Positions 46,154-56,342 of a stretch of DNA of 64,000 nt are shown here, piece after piece. A model generated the notes under the pieces. That model searched no databases. It saw only the letters and a program-made list of their open reading frames with translations, and was not told where the DNA came from. The position numbers and the translations under genes are program-made. Numbering within the stretch: position 1 is the stretch's first letter; each line of letters opens with the position of its first letter. Origin of the DNA: a virus (taxonomy: Duplodnaviria; Caudoviricetes); the IMG/VR virus record IMGVR_UViG_3300047469_000103, positions 160,001 through 224,000 of that record; one strand, written 5' to 3'.

Positions 46154-47620
46154 TCAGTCAGTGCTGTAATCGAAATCGCCGTCGTAACGAATGTAATAAC
46201 GATTGTCCACAGCGCCGATGCTGGCTTGCGCATTATCAGTTTCGAAGTGATAAACAGTGCGCTCGCCATCAGAGGTAGTGCTAGGCATAAATTCCATGCC
46301 AGTGAACAGCTTTTGCAACGCGGTAATTCCGCCGTGGCAATCGAACACAACGCCGTCACCACATTTTTCGTAGTTTTCGCACTGTGCAAGATTCAGCAGA
46401 TAGCGCAGAGATTCCAGCGCATTATCGGAAGCAGACGCAAACATTTCGTCACGACTTACTTGGAAATCACGTGCGGAATGATACTGCAAAATATCCGACA
46501 CTTGATCTACAATTAAATTAATGGTATCCGAATGATCGTCGTCACCATCGAACGAGGATGCAGCAGCTTTGTATCCCGATTTTCTGTGCATTTCAGCAGC
46601 GTGCCGCATTTTGCTATCGCGCCCGTTTACATCTTTAAGGAAGTCTTTATCTTCCGGCGTGATATTTTTGTCGCCATTGGCAATACGCTGTTTGATATCG
46701 GTGTGACGTTTACGCTCGGCAGAAGAGACACGGAATTTACCGGATTTCGCATCGTCCATAAACGAATCGTGATCGTCGCCGTCTTCGTCCAAATCTTCCG
46801 GTTTAACGCCCGCTGCTGCGGCTGCTTCTTTGCGTTCCCGTAGACGTTTCTTCTCACGCGCTTGACGCAATTCGTCAATGTCATCACGCAAGTTTTTACC
46901 GTGCTTAGAACCGGCCCACATATCGAACATTACTTTGCCGACAAGTACACCCAACGGCGCAGCGGCCATGCTGCAAGCCATAATCCCGGCACCAAACAAT
47001 GCCATTGTCGCCACACCGGCCAGCACCTTTTGCATTGCGTGCTTTTCAGTGGTCTTCATTTCATCAGGTTTTTTATCGCCGTTCATGAGGCTTTTAACAG
47101 CGTCCAAACCTTTGCGATACATAACCGGTTGTTTCGTCGCCTGCTGTTGCACGACAGTAGCGATTTCGGTTTTGTTCTTTTTAATCGTGTCGCTGGCTTC
47201 GCGCAGATGATCGTCTTTTACCTGATTCAACGCCGACAGACTTTGCGGATTAATTACCGCAACGTTTGCTTTATTGTAATCGGCAATATCACGACGCACC
47301 TTTGCAACTTCCATGCGTTTTGCGTGAACTTCTTTTGTGGACGGGAAGCGGTCGCCGCCATGCACCACAACTTCGTTCTTTTTGTTCGGCATTTTCGGTA
47401 CAAATGCACCGTTGAAATCATCCGCTTTTTCTTTCGAATCGCCACCCATAAGAAAGCGGTGGCTGGAATGCGGATAAAGTTTAATGTAGCGCTCACGTGC
47501 CGGTTTTGCCAGCTTCAGAAATTCGCCTTTACTCAGGCGTTTCCGCCATTGCGACATATCTTTAACTGGCGCACTGCCGGAGTCGTCATCTTTGAACGCC
47601 CACGCTAGAGAGATATACAT
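46154..47620 (-). CDS. Hypothetical protein with hydrophobic hairpin; possible internal head / ejection protein
   Basis: Start refined to MYISLAW with AGGAAG SD; VLAGVATMALFGAGIMACSMAAAPLGVLV segment. Confidence 0.6.
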   Translation of the reverse strand: MYISLAWAFKDDDSGSAPVKDMSQWRKRLSKGEFLKLAKPARERYIKLYPHSSHRFLMGGDSKEKADDFNGAFVPKMPNKKNEVVVHGGDRFPSTKEVHAKRMEVAKVRRDIADYNKANVAVINPQSLSALNQVKDDHLREASDTIKKNKTEIATVVQQQATKQPVMYRKGLDAVKSLMNGDKKPDEMKTTEKHAMQKVLAGVATMALFGAGIMACSMAAAPLGVLVGKVMFDMWAGSKHGKNLRDDIDELRQAREKKRLRERKEAAAAAGVKPEDLDEDGDDHDSFMDDAKSGKFRVSSAERKRHTDIKQRIANGDKNITPEDKDFLKDVNGRDSKMRHAAEMHRKSGYKAAASSFDGDDDHSDTINLIVDQVSDILQYHSARDFQVSRDEMFASASDNALESLRYLLNLAQCENYEKCGDGVVFDCHGGITALQKLFTGMEFMPSTTSDGERTVYHFETDNAQASIGAVDNRYYIRYDGDFDYSTD

Positions 47621-48689
47621 AGAGAGCTTCCTGTACCGCCCGGTCGAGAATGGCGATATCGTTTGCAATGTTTTGAGGAATATTCCCGTCGTGCATTCGG
47701 ATCAAAATGTCTTTTTGTTCCTGTGCTGCGCGAAGGTTGCCCGTCTGCTGATAGCAAGCCATCAACATATGATTGCACCATGAACCGTGGTAAAACTTAT
47801 CCGAATAAATCATGTCGTATGTCGGGCGCTCTACCAACATGGCCGAACGCACATACGCAATGCAGTGTTCATACTGTTTGTGGTAGAAATAAAAGTCTGC
47901 CAATTCACAATATGGTTCACGAATATTGTTGCAGTATTGAACGGCCTGTCGGAACCACCATTCAGCCACTTCGTAATCGCTCGCCATTTGTGCAACACGG
48001 CGCGCACTTTCAGAACGAAATGGTGCGTATGTTTCCAATTCCATGTGTTGCTTGTACAGCATGTCGGCCATTGCAAAGTTCTTCAGCGCGAAATATTCCC
48101 GCGCCAAATACTGCACAGTACGCGCATCCTCGGGTTTTTCTTCGTAGCCCAACTTCAGCAAGTCGAGATAATGACCGGCTTGTTTTGGCGTCCCGTAATG
48201 CACGCAAAAGAACGGCAGAGTTACCGCTTTTTGTTCGACGTAGGGAACGCAGAGTTCATGCACAGGGTATTGCCATGCAGCGCTATCGCGGCGGTGTACG
48301 GCCAGACGTGGATAGGAAACGCGAACATTTCCGGCATCGTCGAAATCGTAAACCAGCGTGTAATTTGCGGCATCCATTTCATCGGTGAAATTCTCTTCGA
48401 TTGCAGCGCGCCAATCAGGTGACAGGCGTTCGTCGAAATCCAGAGAAACACACACGTCGAAATCATCAGGCACATAAGACAGTGCCTCATTACGTGCGCG
48501 GTCGAAACGGAATGTTTTAGAAGTGTGCATTTGATTTACATTTGCACCACCTTCCAAAAGCAGGCGAACAGTGTCGTCCTTGCTGCCGGTATCCAGAACA
48601 AAGATACCGTCTGCATCCTTAACGTTTTCCAACCAATCAGCAACGTTGGCTTGTTCGCTTTTCGCAATAGCGTACACGGCAATTTTCAT
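47586..48689 (-). CDS. GT2-family glycosyltransferase with C-terminal TPR-like region
   Basis: IAVYAIAKSE, VLDTGSKDDT, FDRARNEAL, SLDFDE (DxD), HE; helical C-terminus. Confidence 0.88.
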   Translation of the reverse strand: MKIAVYAIAKSEQANVADWLENVKDADGIFVLDTGSKDDTVRLLLEGGANVNQMHTSKTFRFDRARNEALSYVPDDFDVCVSLDFDERLSPDWRAAIEENFTDEMDAANYTLVYDFDDAGNVRVSYPRLAVHRRDSAAWQYPVHELCVPYVEQKAVTLPFFCVHYGTPKQAGHYLDLLKLGYEEKPEDARTVQYLAREYFALKNFAMADMLYKQHMELETYAPFRSESARRVAQMASDYEVAEWWFRQAVQYCNNIREPYCELADFYFYHKQYEHCIAYVRSAMLVERPTYDMIYSDKFYHGSWCNHMLMACYQQTGNLRAAQEQKDILIRMHDGNIPQNIANDIAILDRAVQEALYVYLSSVGVQR

Positions 48690-48694
48690 GTGAA

Positions 48695-49018
48695 TTAAGC
48701 TCGCTTTTCTTCGTCAAGTACAACAACAGATTTGAGTACGCTGTCGATCAATTCCAGCGCCCCGTCGTCAGTAGCAGCAGCGGTCAATTGACGCGGCCAC
48801 TGCACTTTTTGGTAATGGCTGTCCGATTTAACATCGGAGATTCGCCACACGTCAGTTCGTTCAAGTGTTACAACTGCCAAACCTACGCGGCCACCGTAAA
48901 CCATAACGGAAACACGCGAGGGACAATCTTGTTTTTCGTGATGCTCCACGATCTTTACGTCTTGTTTCAGGCGACGCTGGTGAATTAAGTCGTGTACAAG
49001 TGTTGTGATATTTGGCAT
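48695..49018 (-). CDS. Hypothetical protein
   Basis: 107 aa, coupled. Confidence 0.65.
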   Translation of the reverse strand: MPNITTLVHDLIHQRRLKQDVKIVEHHEKQDCPSRVSVMVYGGRVGLAVVTLERTDVWRISDVKSDSHYQKVQWPRQLTAAATDDGALELIDSVLKSVVVLDEEKRA

Positions 49019-49021
49019 GAG

Positions 49022-50962
49022 TTATATTCCATACTTCTTACGAAAACGGGCTAATGAGAGAACTGGTTTGTCAAGGGATTTCGCCTCTTTAGTCTTTTCG
49101 TTGGAAGCATTGTCGTCTTTCACGATCAGCAGAGTTGCCTGCTTAACCGTAGAGGCAATCTTCCCGCCGTTCGCGATAATCCATTCTTGCAATTGCTTGT
49201 CCCTTACGGACGTAAACAGAACAACTTGGCCATTCATTTTAGAACCGGTTACTTCCGCTTTTTCTGCTTGCGTCAGTTTGATTCCGTTGCGTTTGCAGAA
49301 CTTCAAAAACACACTGAAGTTTTCGGCAATTTGATGGGCCAGTTTATTGAATCCTTTGACCTTCGCGATACGGTCGGTCAATTCCGCTATCGACCAATCG
49401 CGGTCGAGTAAGTCAGGAATATCATCGACGATATATTGCAAACGTTTTTCCCCAATTCCTTCGCCAAAGGCAGCGGAACCCTGAGCCACGTTTTGGAAAG
49501 TCATTCGTGAGCGTGCATCGCGCAAAGCTTTGTAGAGTTTTGCCGCACTGGTATCTGCGCTGCGTGGCAACTGCTGCAAATCTTGCATCGTCATTTTCAT
49601 GATTTTCTTCACGGTGTCATAACCAGCATCAACGAGTTTTGTAACAACCCCTTGTTTAACGCCGTCAACTTCTAGCACCGTGAAAAAGTAAGACAGTTCC
49701 TTAATGGTTCGCAGATTCGATTTCTCGTCATGCACCACGCGGAAATGCACACCGTCAGCTTCCCGCTCAAACGGGCCGGGCGGCATGCTAGCTTTCTTCG
49801 CACCTTTAACGACTTCCATAATGTACGGAATTACATCGCCGGAACGAACAGCTTTAATAACTGTGCCCTTGTTAATTGGGCGTGCTGCATATGGAGCTTT
49901 TTCTTTCGGCTTTGGTTTGAGATAACCATGCTCGATGTAATACGCGTTATGTCCGGTAAACCACGAGACTTCAACGCCGCCGATAATGGTCGGTTCGATT
50001 GTAATTCGCGGGAACCATTTTCCGTAACGAGTTTCTTCCCACACAACATCCTTGACGACCAATTCAATTGCGTTCGCCAGACTGTTGATTTTAAATGCGT
50101 AGGCATGGGTCGGATAACCCGCCGTCACTTTGTAGGATTTGTTCTGCGTTACCACAACGCCGTCAATATCCCGGCCAGCTTCTTTCTTCCGCTGATCGTG
50201 ATACTTTTCTAGAATTTCTGGCGTGATTTTCTTCACGACAATGTACGGCACAACGTCGAAACCGTATTGTTCAAGTTTCAGCAGTTGGTTTTCCAGTGGG
50301 CCACCAGCGGTAATGCCCTTCAGGATTTCGTAGCAAACAACACGGAACTTTTTCATGTTCACGTGTGCTTCATTTCGGTTCAACAAACCACCGGCCATGT
50401 TACGGCTGGTTTTGAAATCGGCTGCAAAGTGTTTGAGGAACACGGCTTTATCAGCAGTGAATTCCGCACGCACAATAAAGCGACCTTTGTACGCAATCTT
50501 TTTCGGAATGCGCAGATACGGAATGGACTTCGAAACATCCTTACCGACCGTACCTTCTTTGCCGCGAGTTGTCACGAGAACAGGCACGCCCCCGTCATAT
50601 GTAATCGACAGGGAAATACCGTCTTCTTTATCCGACAAAACATACGACGTTGCTTTCATGAAAGACAACTGGCGTGCCGGGGAAATAGTGCGGAATTTAT
50701 CCAGACTAGCCATCGGCACTTCCAGTTTAATGTCGGCGTTTTTCACACCACCGACACTTTTAGCAGTCTTCTTTTTCTTGGAAATCGACCAACGATAATC
50801 GTCCATGATATCGTAGGTTTCATCACCAACAACTTCCACGCCGTCACGGTAGCGGTCGTCGAGTTCCTGCAATACGGCATTCAACTGAGTAAGCGTTAAT
50901 CCTTTCGCAAAATCTAGAGGGTTGCGGCGCATTGCCCGCTTCTGTTCCAGCGTGAATTTCAT
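49022..50962 (-). CDS. ligA: NAD-dependent DNA ligase
   Basis: KEDG adenylation motif, MASLDK, DIDGVV, AYAFK, RSGDVIP, HhH and BRCT. Confidence 0.93.
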   Translation of the reverse strand: MKFTLEQKRAMRRNPLDFAKGLTLTQLNAVLQELDDRYRDGVEVVGDETYDIMDDYRWSISKKKKTAKSVGGVKNADIKLEVPMASLDKFRTISPARQLSFMKATSYVLSDKEDGISLSITYDGGVPVLVTTRGKEGTVGKDVSKSIPYLRIPKKIAYKGRFIVRAEFTADKAVFLKHFAADFKTSRNMAGGLLNRNEAHVNMKKFRVVCYEILKGITAGGPLENQLLKLEQYGFDVVPYIVVKKITPEILEKYHDQRKKEAGRDIDGVVVTQNKSYKVTAGYPTHAYAFKINSLANAIELVVKDVVWEETRYGKWFPRITIEPTIIGGVEVSWFTGHNAYYIEHGYLKPKPKEKAPYAARPINKGTVIKAVRSGDVIPYIMEVVKGAKKASMPPGPFEREADGVHFRVVHDEKSNLRTIKELSYFFTVLEVDGVKQGVVTKLVDAGYDTVKKIMKMTMQDLQQLPRSADTSAAKLYKALRDARSRMTFQNVAQGSAAFGEGIGEKRLQYIVDDIPDLLDRDWSIAELTDRIAKVKGFNKLAHQIAENFSVFLKFCKRNGIKLTQAEKAEVTGSKMNGQVVLFTSVRDKQLQEWIIANGGKIASTVKQATLLIVKDDNASNEKTKEAKSLDKPVLSLARFRKKYGI

Positions 50963-52272
50963 AGACGTTTTCCAGCAGTCATGTCGTGGTCAGCGGCCTG
51001 TTCCATAACCTTGTCGAGAGCCTTCCCGCTAATGGTCTTGACGTAAGTTACAGATTTCATATTCCGCAAGTCTTCACCGGCAGGGATTTTGTAATGACGC
51101 AGAGATTTTTTATCAGCATTAAACAGTGCGAGAATATCCGTCATGCCCGCTGGTTCGATGGAAACAACTGTCCATTCCACGCCGTCTTTTGCCGCGAGAA
51201 CAACACCTTCTTCTGCAAGAATTGCATCAGGTTCGGGAAGCTCTTCGCCAGTCTCTTCGTCGATATCATGATCTTGGTGGAAGTCCATTTCTGGATCGTC
51301 TTCTTCATCAAAATCATCCTCTTCTTCCAGAGGTGTAATCGCCGGTTTACCTGTTGTATTTACAGTATCCAAATCTTCCATTTCGAAATCATCGTCTGGA
51401 GGATTCATCAGATTTTCTTCTTCGTCCTCGTCGAAATCCATTTCCTCTTCCAAATCTTTGTAGTGGAAATCCGAAACAAGTGGTTTTGTTCGGTCTACAA
51501 ATTTGTCTGGATCGTGCTGCGATTCGCGTACCTTCGGAATCTTTACTTTGCCCGGAACCAGCGGCTTCGGAATACGAATCTGCGGACGGCGCGCACGCTT
51601 TGGAAGTGTTGCCAGCAAGTCTTTCAAATCCACAAGGCCGCGCTGCTGTTGCGCACTCGGGAGAATGTCAGAATTGAGTGTGATTTTTTCGTATGTATCG
51701 TGGTCGATGTTTACACGTTCGCCATCCGGCATCAGCACATAACCGCCGTGCGATTTACGCAGATAACGAATGCCAATTGTGTCGTCTTCACGCAGCGATG
51801 CACGCGTAGTACCGTGGAGTTTTGTGGTCACGTTTACAACACGCACCATTTTCCGCCATTGGTAATTCGCACGATCATACGACGACGCTTCGTTAATATT
51901 TCCACGAGCGACGAAATATTGCGCGGTTTGTTTGTCGCCAGTTTCCAAATGCTGCTTACGCAATTGGCCCTGACGTTGACCAGTCTTTGCAGGCTTTTCG
52001 GGAATCCCTTGGAAGGGTTTCAAATGCTTGATAAACTCGTCGATTTTTTCCTGCTTGATCGAACGGAAAATCTTCTGCGGGTATTTCGCCAATACCACTT
52101 GATATGCACCAGCGGTTGGCCCCCGTGTAGCTTTCCGCAAACCGATCAAATCATCCGTCTCAACTTTGAGCGGCAAATCAGCATCGAGTTTCAGTTCAAA
52201 CATCGGCCCTTTATTTGACATCCATTCAAATTGTTTGAAGTCTGCCTGTACTGCGGCGAGGGCGATAATCAT
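50959..52272 (-). CDS. Hypothetical protein with acidic segment
   Basis: 437 aa, coupled on both sides. Confidence 0.7.
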   Translation of the reverse strand: MIIALAAVQADFKQFEWMSNKGPMFELKLDADLPLKVETDDLIGLRKATRGPTAGAYQVVLAKYPQKIFRSIKQEKIDEFIKHLKPFQGIPEKPAKTGQRQGQLRKQHLETGDKQTAQYFVARGNINEASSYDRANYQWRKMVRVVNVTTKLHGTTRASLREDDTIGIRYLRKSHGGYVLMPDGERVNIDHDTYEKITLNSDILPSAQQQRGLVDLKDLLATLPKRARRPQIRIPKPLVPGKVKIPKVRESQHDPDKFVDRTKPLVSDFHYKDLEEEMDFDEDEEENLMNPPDDDFEMEDLDTVNTTGKPAITPLEEEDDFDEEDDPEMDFHQDHDIDEETGEELPEPDAILAEEGVVLAAKDGVEWTVVSIEPAGMTDILALFNADKKSLRHYKIPAGEDLRNMKSVTYVKTISGKALDKVMEQAADHDMTAGKRL

Positions 52273-53936
52273 AACGCGATAATCTCTTTCGTTGTGGTGA
52301 CGGTTTCGTGTTGCAGCGTATAGGAAACACTCACGTTATAAGTGCCCGGTACGTTTGCATTCACGTTACCAAAACTCACGCTTGCCAATTCATCCGAGCA
52401 GTACCACAGCGGCGAAACAACTCGTTCACTTCCATCGCTAAATGTTGCAACAGCGGTAAAAGAATTCGGGGTATTTGCACGAATAGATTCTGGCCCTTCA
52501 ATGCGAATCGAAAGCGGGAAAGTTTTATTGTCGATCAAGGTTACAGGCAACTCGGTGTGCAGCGTGACTCCGCTAATGCTGGTCGATGCGCTGATTACCA
52601 GTTCTGCCGTTTCATGAACTTGCACAGCATGCAGAATGCCGCTGTTAGAAACATTTGCGATATATTCGTTCGAAACTTTCCAAGTTGCAGGCAATACAAT
52701 GTCGGCGCCGTCTTCGTAAACCACGTGGAATTTGAGAGACTGATATTCGCCTACGTGCATTGGGCTGCGCAATTCTATGTAGCAGCTAACCGGCAGGAAG
52801 AGTGCAGGAACAACTTCGATATTTCGCGTCACTTGTAATCCCTCATAAACCGCCATGAGGTTTACCGAAGTTTCTGTCTCAACTTTCGATGCTGCATAGA
52901 ATTGATTCCCGTCATCAATCACGCCAGCAATTGTGTTCGTGTGAATTCGGGATTGCACTGCTTTTTTCGTGCCGTCAGTGAAATGCACAGTCGTATAATA
53001 CTGCACGACCAGACCTTCACGCACACGAGCAGGGCCGTCAATCGACAGATACTCAGGACGCACAGTAATATCCAACACGCTCAATTCAATTGACGCGCTA
53101 GTCACGGTGCCTTCGAAATCGTAAGAAGCAATAATGGTCGTATTTTCTACGCCATCTACTGCGGCTGCACAGAATGTTCCGTCACAGGAAATTTCCCCGG
53201 CTTTCGGATTCGTGCTAAACCACTGTGCAATTACTTGCTGGTTTTTTCCGTTATCAAACAGGACTTCGAAACCAAAGTTTGCGCGGCCTAGTTCGGTGAT
53301 AATGGAAGGGCCAAAAATAAAACCTTTGACCGGGTAAATTGCGGAGTCTACAACGAGAACATCAAGAATTGCAGAGCGGGTAATTCCAGCGACAACGTAA
53401 GTCGCAGTGAACCGCACTAATGCACTGCCACGAATCTTTTGGAAATGGGCAATACCGGTTGTGTCGATTGTGGCAATACTTGGCCGACTTGAGGTAAAAG
53501 TTGTAGGTACAATTTCAACGGTGGAACTATCGTCGTAACGAGCGGTAACGACATACGATTCAACCGTGTTTTTCTCGACTTCGCCTTTGCCGCTAATGAT
53601 GATGGAAACAAGTGCGGGCGGGGTGTCGATATCGCGAACAGTCACAATCGCTGTGCTGGTCAGCGTGGAATCAGAACCTGCGTGATAATACTGGCAGGAA
53701 ACTTGTACAGAACGCGTGCCGGTCGGAACCGTGCCACCGGTAAATAAACCCGATGGAGAAATGCTACCAAAGGGCGATGCAACAGCCGCCCACGTGGCAA
53801 CAACTTCGTGTTGTGAATTGTCTTCAAATGTCACGATTGCGCGCATTTGAAAAGTTGATCTTTCTGCGACAGGAACGGTGGGGCCGATGATATCTATTTG
53901 AACCGGCCACAGTTCCTCTAAGCTAGTATCGGCCAT
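52269..53936 (-). CDS. Virion protein with tandem Ig-like repeats
   Basis: Repeated I.GP..V.E...F...A.F.DG...V...W...S...A.I...G units. Confidence 0.8.
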   Translation of the reverse strand: MADTSLEELWPVQIDIIGPTVPVAERSTFQMRAIVTFEDNSQHEVVATWAAVASPFGSISPSGLFTGGTVPTGTRSVQVSCQYYHAGSDSTLTSTAIVTVRDIDTPPALVSIIISGKGEVEKNTVESYVVTARYDDSSTVEIVPTTFTSSRPSIATIDTTGIAHFQKIRGSALVRFTATYVVAGITRSAILDVLVVDSAIYPVKGFIFGPSIITELGRANFGFEVLFDNGKNQQVIAQWFSTNPKAGEISCDGTFCAAAVDGVENTTIIASYDFEGTVTSASIELSVLDITVRPEYLSIDGPARVREGLVVQYYTTVHFTDGTKKAVQSRIHTNTIAGVIDDGNQFYAASKVETETSVNLMAVYEGLQVTRNIEVVPALFLPVSCYIELRSPMHVGEYQSLKFHVVYEDGADIVLPATWKVSNEYIANVSNSGILHAVQVHETAELVISASTSISGVTLHTELPVTLIDNKTFPLSIRIEGPESIRANTPNSFTAVATFSDGSERVVSPLWYCSDELASVSFGNVNANVPGTYNVSVSYTLQHETVTTTKEIIAL

Positions 53937-53966
53937 GAATTATTTATTCTCCGAAGTCTGCAACTG

Positions 53967-53998
53967 AAAAAAGCCAGCCACCCGAAGATGGCTAGCTT
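53967..53998 (-). terminator. Intrinsic terminator
   Basis: AAGCTAGCCATC/GGTGGCTGGCTT plus T-run. Confidence 0.7.
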
Positions 53999-54008
53999 AC
54001 TTTTCCAA

Positions 54009-56333
54009 TTACACGTATTTAATGGAGTAATTATCTGTACGCGGCGAGAACTGCGGCAACGTGGTTGCCTCACTGCGAACGACAATCCACGGACGCACAC
54101 CAGTTCCGTCGTCGAATTGCACGGTCATAGTTTTCGGCAAGTTCGCATCGTAACCCGGCAAGCCTTCTTCGTTACCAATTACATCGTTGCGGTAATTGAT
54201 ACCGTCGAAAGTAACGTTGAAAGAGTTCGCCAAATCGACGATGAAAGTGCTGCCAGCGCGAGCATCCCACATCAGGTAAACGTATTCGTCTACAGTGATT
54301 GTAGTGGTGATGTTTTTCGCAATGCCATCCGTTGCAATATCCAACGTATTTGTCATTACATCCGAAACGAAATCGGTGAAGCCTGTCCAGTGGGTGTACT
54401 GCTTACCGGACGCCGAAGTTTCGTCGGTCACACCGTAGTCGCGTTCGTCTTGAGTGATTTCGCTGACGATTGGGCCACCAGTGAAATTCACGTTGGAGAA
54501 CATTGCTACGCCGTAACGCAGTGGCGGAATTACAACAGAAGCAGTTTGAATAACAATTGCTTTTGTTGCGTTCAATACCACGCCGTCTTCGGTGTAGTTT
54601 GCGCGAATGCTTACGTTGCCATTCTGCACGCCGGTAGCTTCACCCGCTGCGTCGATTGTGGCTTTCGTTACATCCGAGGTACTCCAAGTGGTCGGAGCTT
54701 TATCGACGTGCGAGCCGTCAGCGTAAGTCACGGTGTAAACATAAATCGCTTTGCCCAAAGGAGCGAGCGTAGCAACACCGGAAATTGCAGCGGAAACAGG
54801 CCAGTTTTTCGTGTCAGCAATTGCGATAGTTTTCTTCGCAGTAACAGTCACGCCGTTTTGAGTAAACGAAACGTTCACTTCAACGGTTTTGCTACCCGGC
54901 ACAGTCAGCGGCTTCGCAGTCAGCAAACCATTTTGGTCAATTGTTGCGTAGGTGCTGGAAGTTACCGACCAAACACCAGCCACGTTACCGTTTGTGGAAT
55001 CCGAGAAAGAAACCGCAGCGTTCAAGTCGATGGCAGCATTTTGATCGACGGAATTAGCGCCGATAATTGCAACGCTATTCGGATAAACCAGCGGGTCTTT
55101 AATCGTCACGGCAACGGTTGCTTGGCGAGTCACGCCGCCTGTTGCATAAGTTGCAGTCAGGCTGGTATTAACGTCGCGAACCTGATTCACTTTCGGAGTC
55201 AGCACGCCAGCGGTGAAAGAACCCGCATTTGTGTTGCTCGAAACAAAAGCGTTCGGCGTAACAACGTTTGTCGAACCGTCAGTGAAATGCGCAACCACGG
55301 TGTAAATGCCGGTTTCCGATTTCAGGAACTGAGTCGGGCCAACAATTTCGATATGGTCGAGAATTACCAACGTCGGATCACCAATAATGGTAATCACAAA
55401 ATCCTGATAAACAGTAACGCCAGAATCAGGATGTGTCCACGATGCGCGAACAGTTACCGGAGTATCGACGGCAACCAAACCAGCTTTAAACACACCGGTA
55501 TTTGCACCGATTTCTGCGTGGTCTTGATTATCGCGAAGTGTCCACGTTGCTTTAACGCTGAAAAACTTCGTGCCATCGTCCATCGTTACATCGGCACGCA
55601 GAACGTGATTCGATGCACCGGGAACATGAACAGCAGGGCCGACAACAGCAATGCCAGTTGGCAGCGGGCCGACGTATGCAAATTCGGTTGTCGCGGGCAT
55701 CCACTGTGCAATCCAGTTTCCGTTTTCATCGGCGCCGGTAACAAACAGCAATTCACCGTTTTTCGGATCACTACCGATTACGCTCACGAATTTATCGGAG
55801 CCGTCACCAGCAGCCAACATCGTGCGCGGAATATCAGGGTGCGAATGCGGACGCGGGGCACGTGGATTCGACATGCGAATATCGTTATCACCAACGACAA
55901 CGCGATCACCCGGAGGCAGCAGCGAATCGAAAGAGGTTTCGAAACCGCCGTAACGATTTACCGAAGCGAGGCCCGGCAAAAAGTCCTGAATTTCACCCAA
56001 GATCGGATCGGATTCTTTTTTGAAGTATTGAACTTCTTCAAAGATTTCGTCGATGGACGAAAGCACCGACCACGAACCGCGATAGTCTTTATCGTCGTAT
56101 TTTTCAGCATCAACACGACGCATCAAAACTTTGTAGTCTTCGTGTTCTGGATTTGCGTTAATCCAAGTCACGTTGTAAGGAACGGTGAGGGTATCCGGTT
56201 CAAGAAGTGAAACGAGGACAACGAATTGTTTTCCGTTGCCCTCGATCAGAATCTCAACCGGGTTAAAGCGAGACAGACCGCGATACTGCAAAGCAATCGC
56301 AATTTTCTCGTCGATAAACTCGGTCAAAGTCAT
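54009..56333 (-). CDS. Fibre-like virion protein with HxH motif and tandem Ig-like repeats
   Basis: PHSHP motif; BIg-like repeats (WSTSDVTKATIDAAG). Confidence 0.75.
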   Translation of the reverse strand: MTLTEFIDEKIAIALQYRGLSRFNPVEILIEGNGKQFVVLVSLLEPDTLTVPYNVTWINANPEHEDYKVLMRRVDAEKYDDKDYRGSWSVLSSIDEIFEEVQYFKKESDPILGEIQDFLPGLASVNRYGGFETSFDSLLPPGDRVVVGDNDIRMSNPRAPRPHSHPDIPRTMLAAGDGSDKFVSVIGSDPKNGELLFVTGADENGNWIAQWMPATTEFAYVGPLPTGIAVVGPAVHVPGASNHVLRADVTMDDGTKFFSVKATWTLRDNQDHAEIGANTGVFKAGLVAVDTPVTVRASWTHPDSGVTVYQDFVITIIGDPTLVILDHIEIVGPTQFLKSETGIYTVVAHFTDGSTNVVTPNAFVSSNTNAGSFTAGVLTPKVNQVRDVNTSLTATYATGGVTRQATVAVTIKDPLVYPNSVAIIGANSVDQNAAIDLNAAVSFSDSTNGNVAGVWSVTSSTYATIDQNGLLTAKPLTVPGSKTVEVNVSFTQNGVTVTAKKTIAIADTKNWPVSAAISGVATLAPLGKAIYVYTVTYADGSHVDKAPTTWSTSDVTKATIDAAGEATGVQNGNVSIRANYTEDGVVLNATKAIVIQTASVVIPPLRYGVAMFSNVNFTGGPIVSEITQDERDYGVTDETSASGKQYTHWTGFTDFVSDVMTNTLDIATDGIAKNITTTITVDEYVYLMWDARAGSTFIVDLANSFNVTFDGINYRNDVIGNEEGLPGYDANLPKTMTVQFDDGTGVRPWIVVRSEATTLPQFSPRTDNYSIKYV

Positions 56334-56342
56334 GACGATTCC

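Noticed and set aside
49022-50962. Ligase lacks the C4 zinc finger
   Set aside because: Already known for several viral NAD-dependent ligases.
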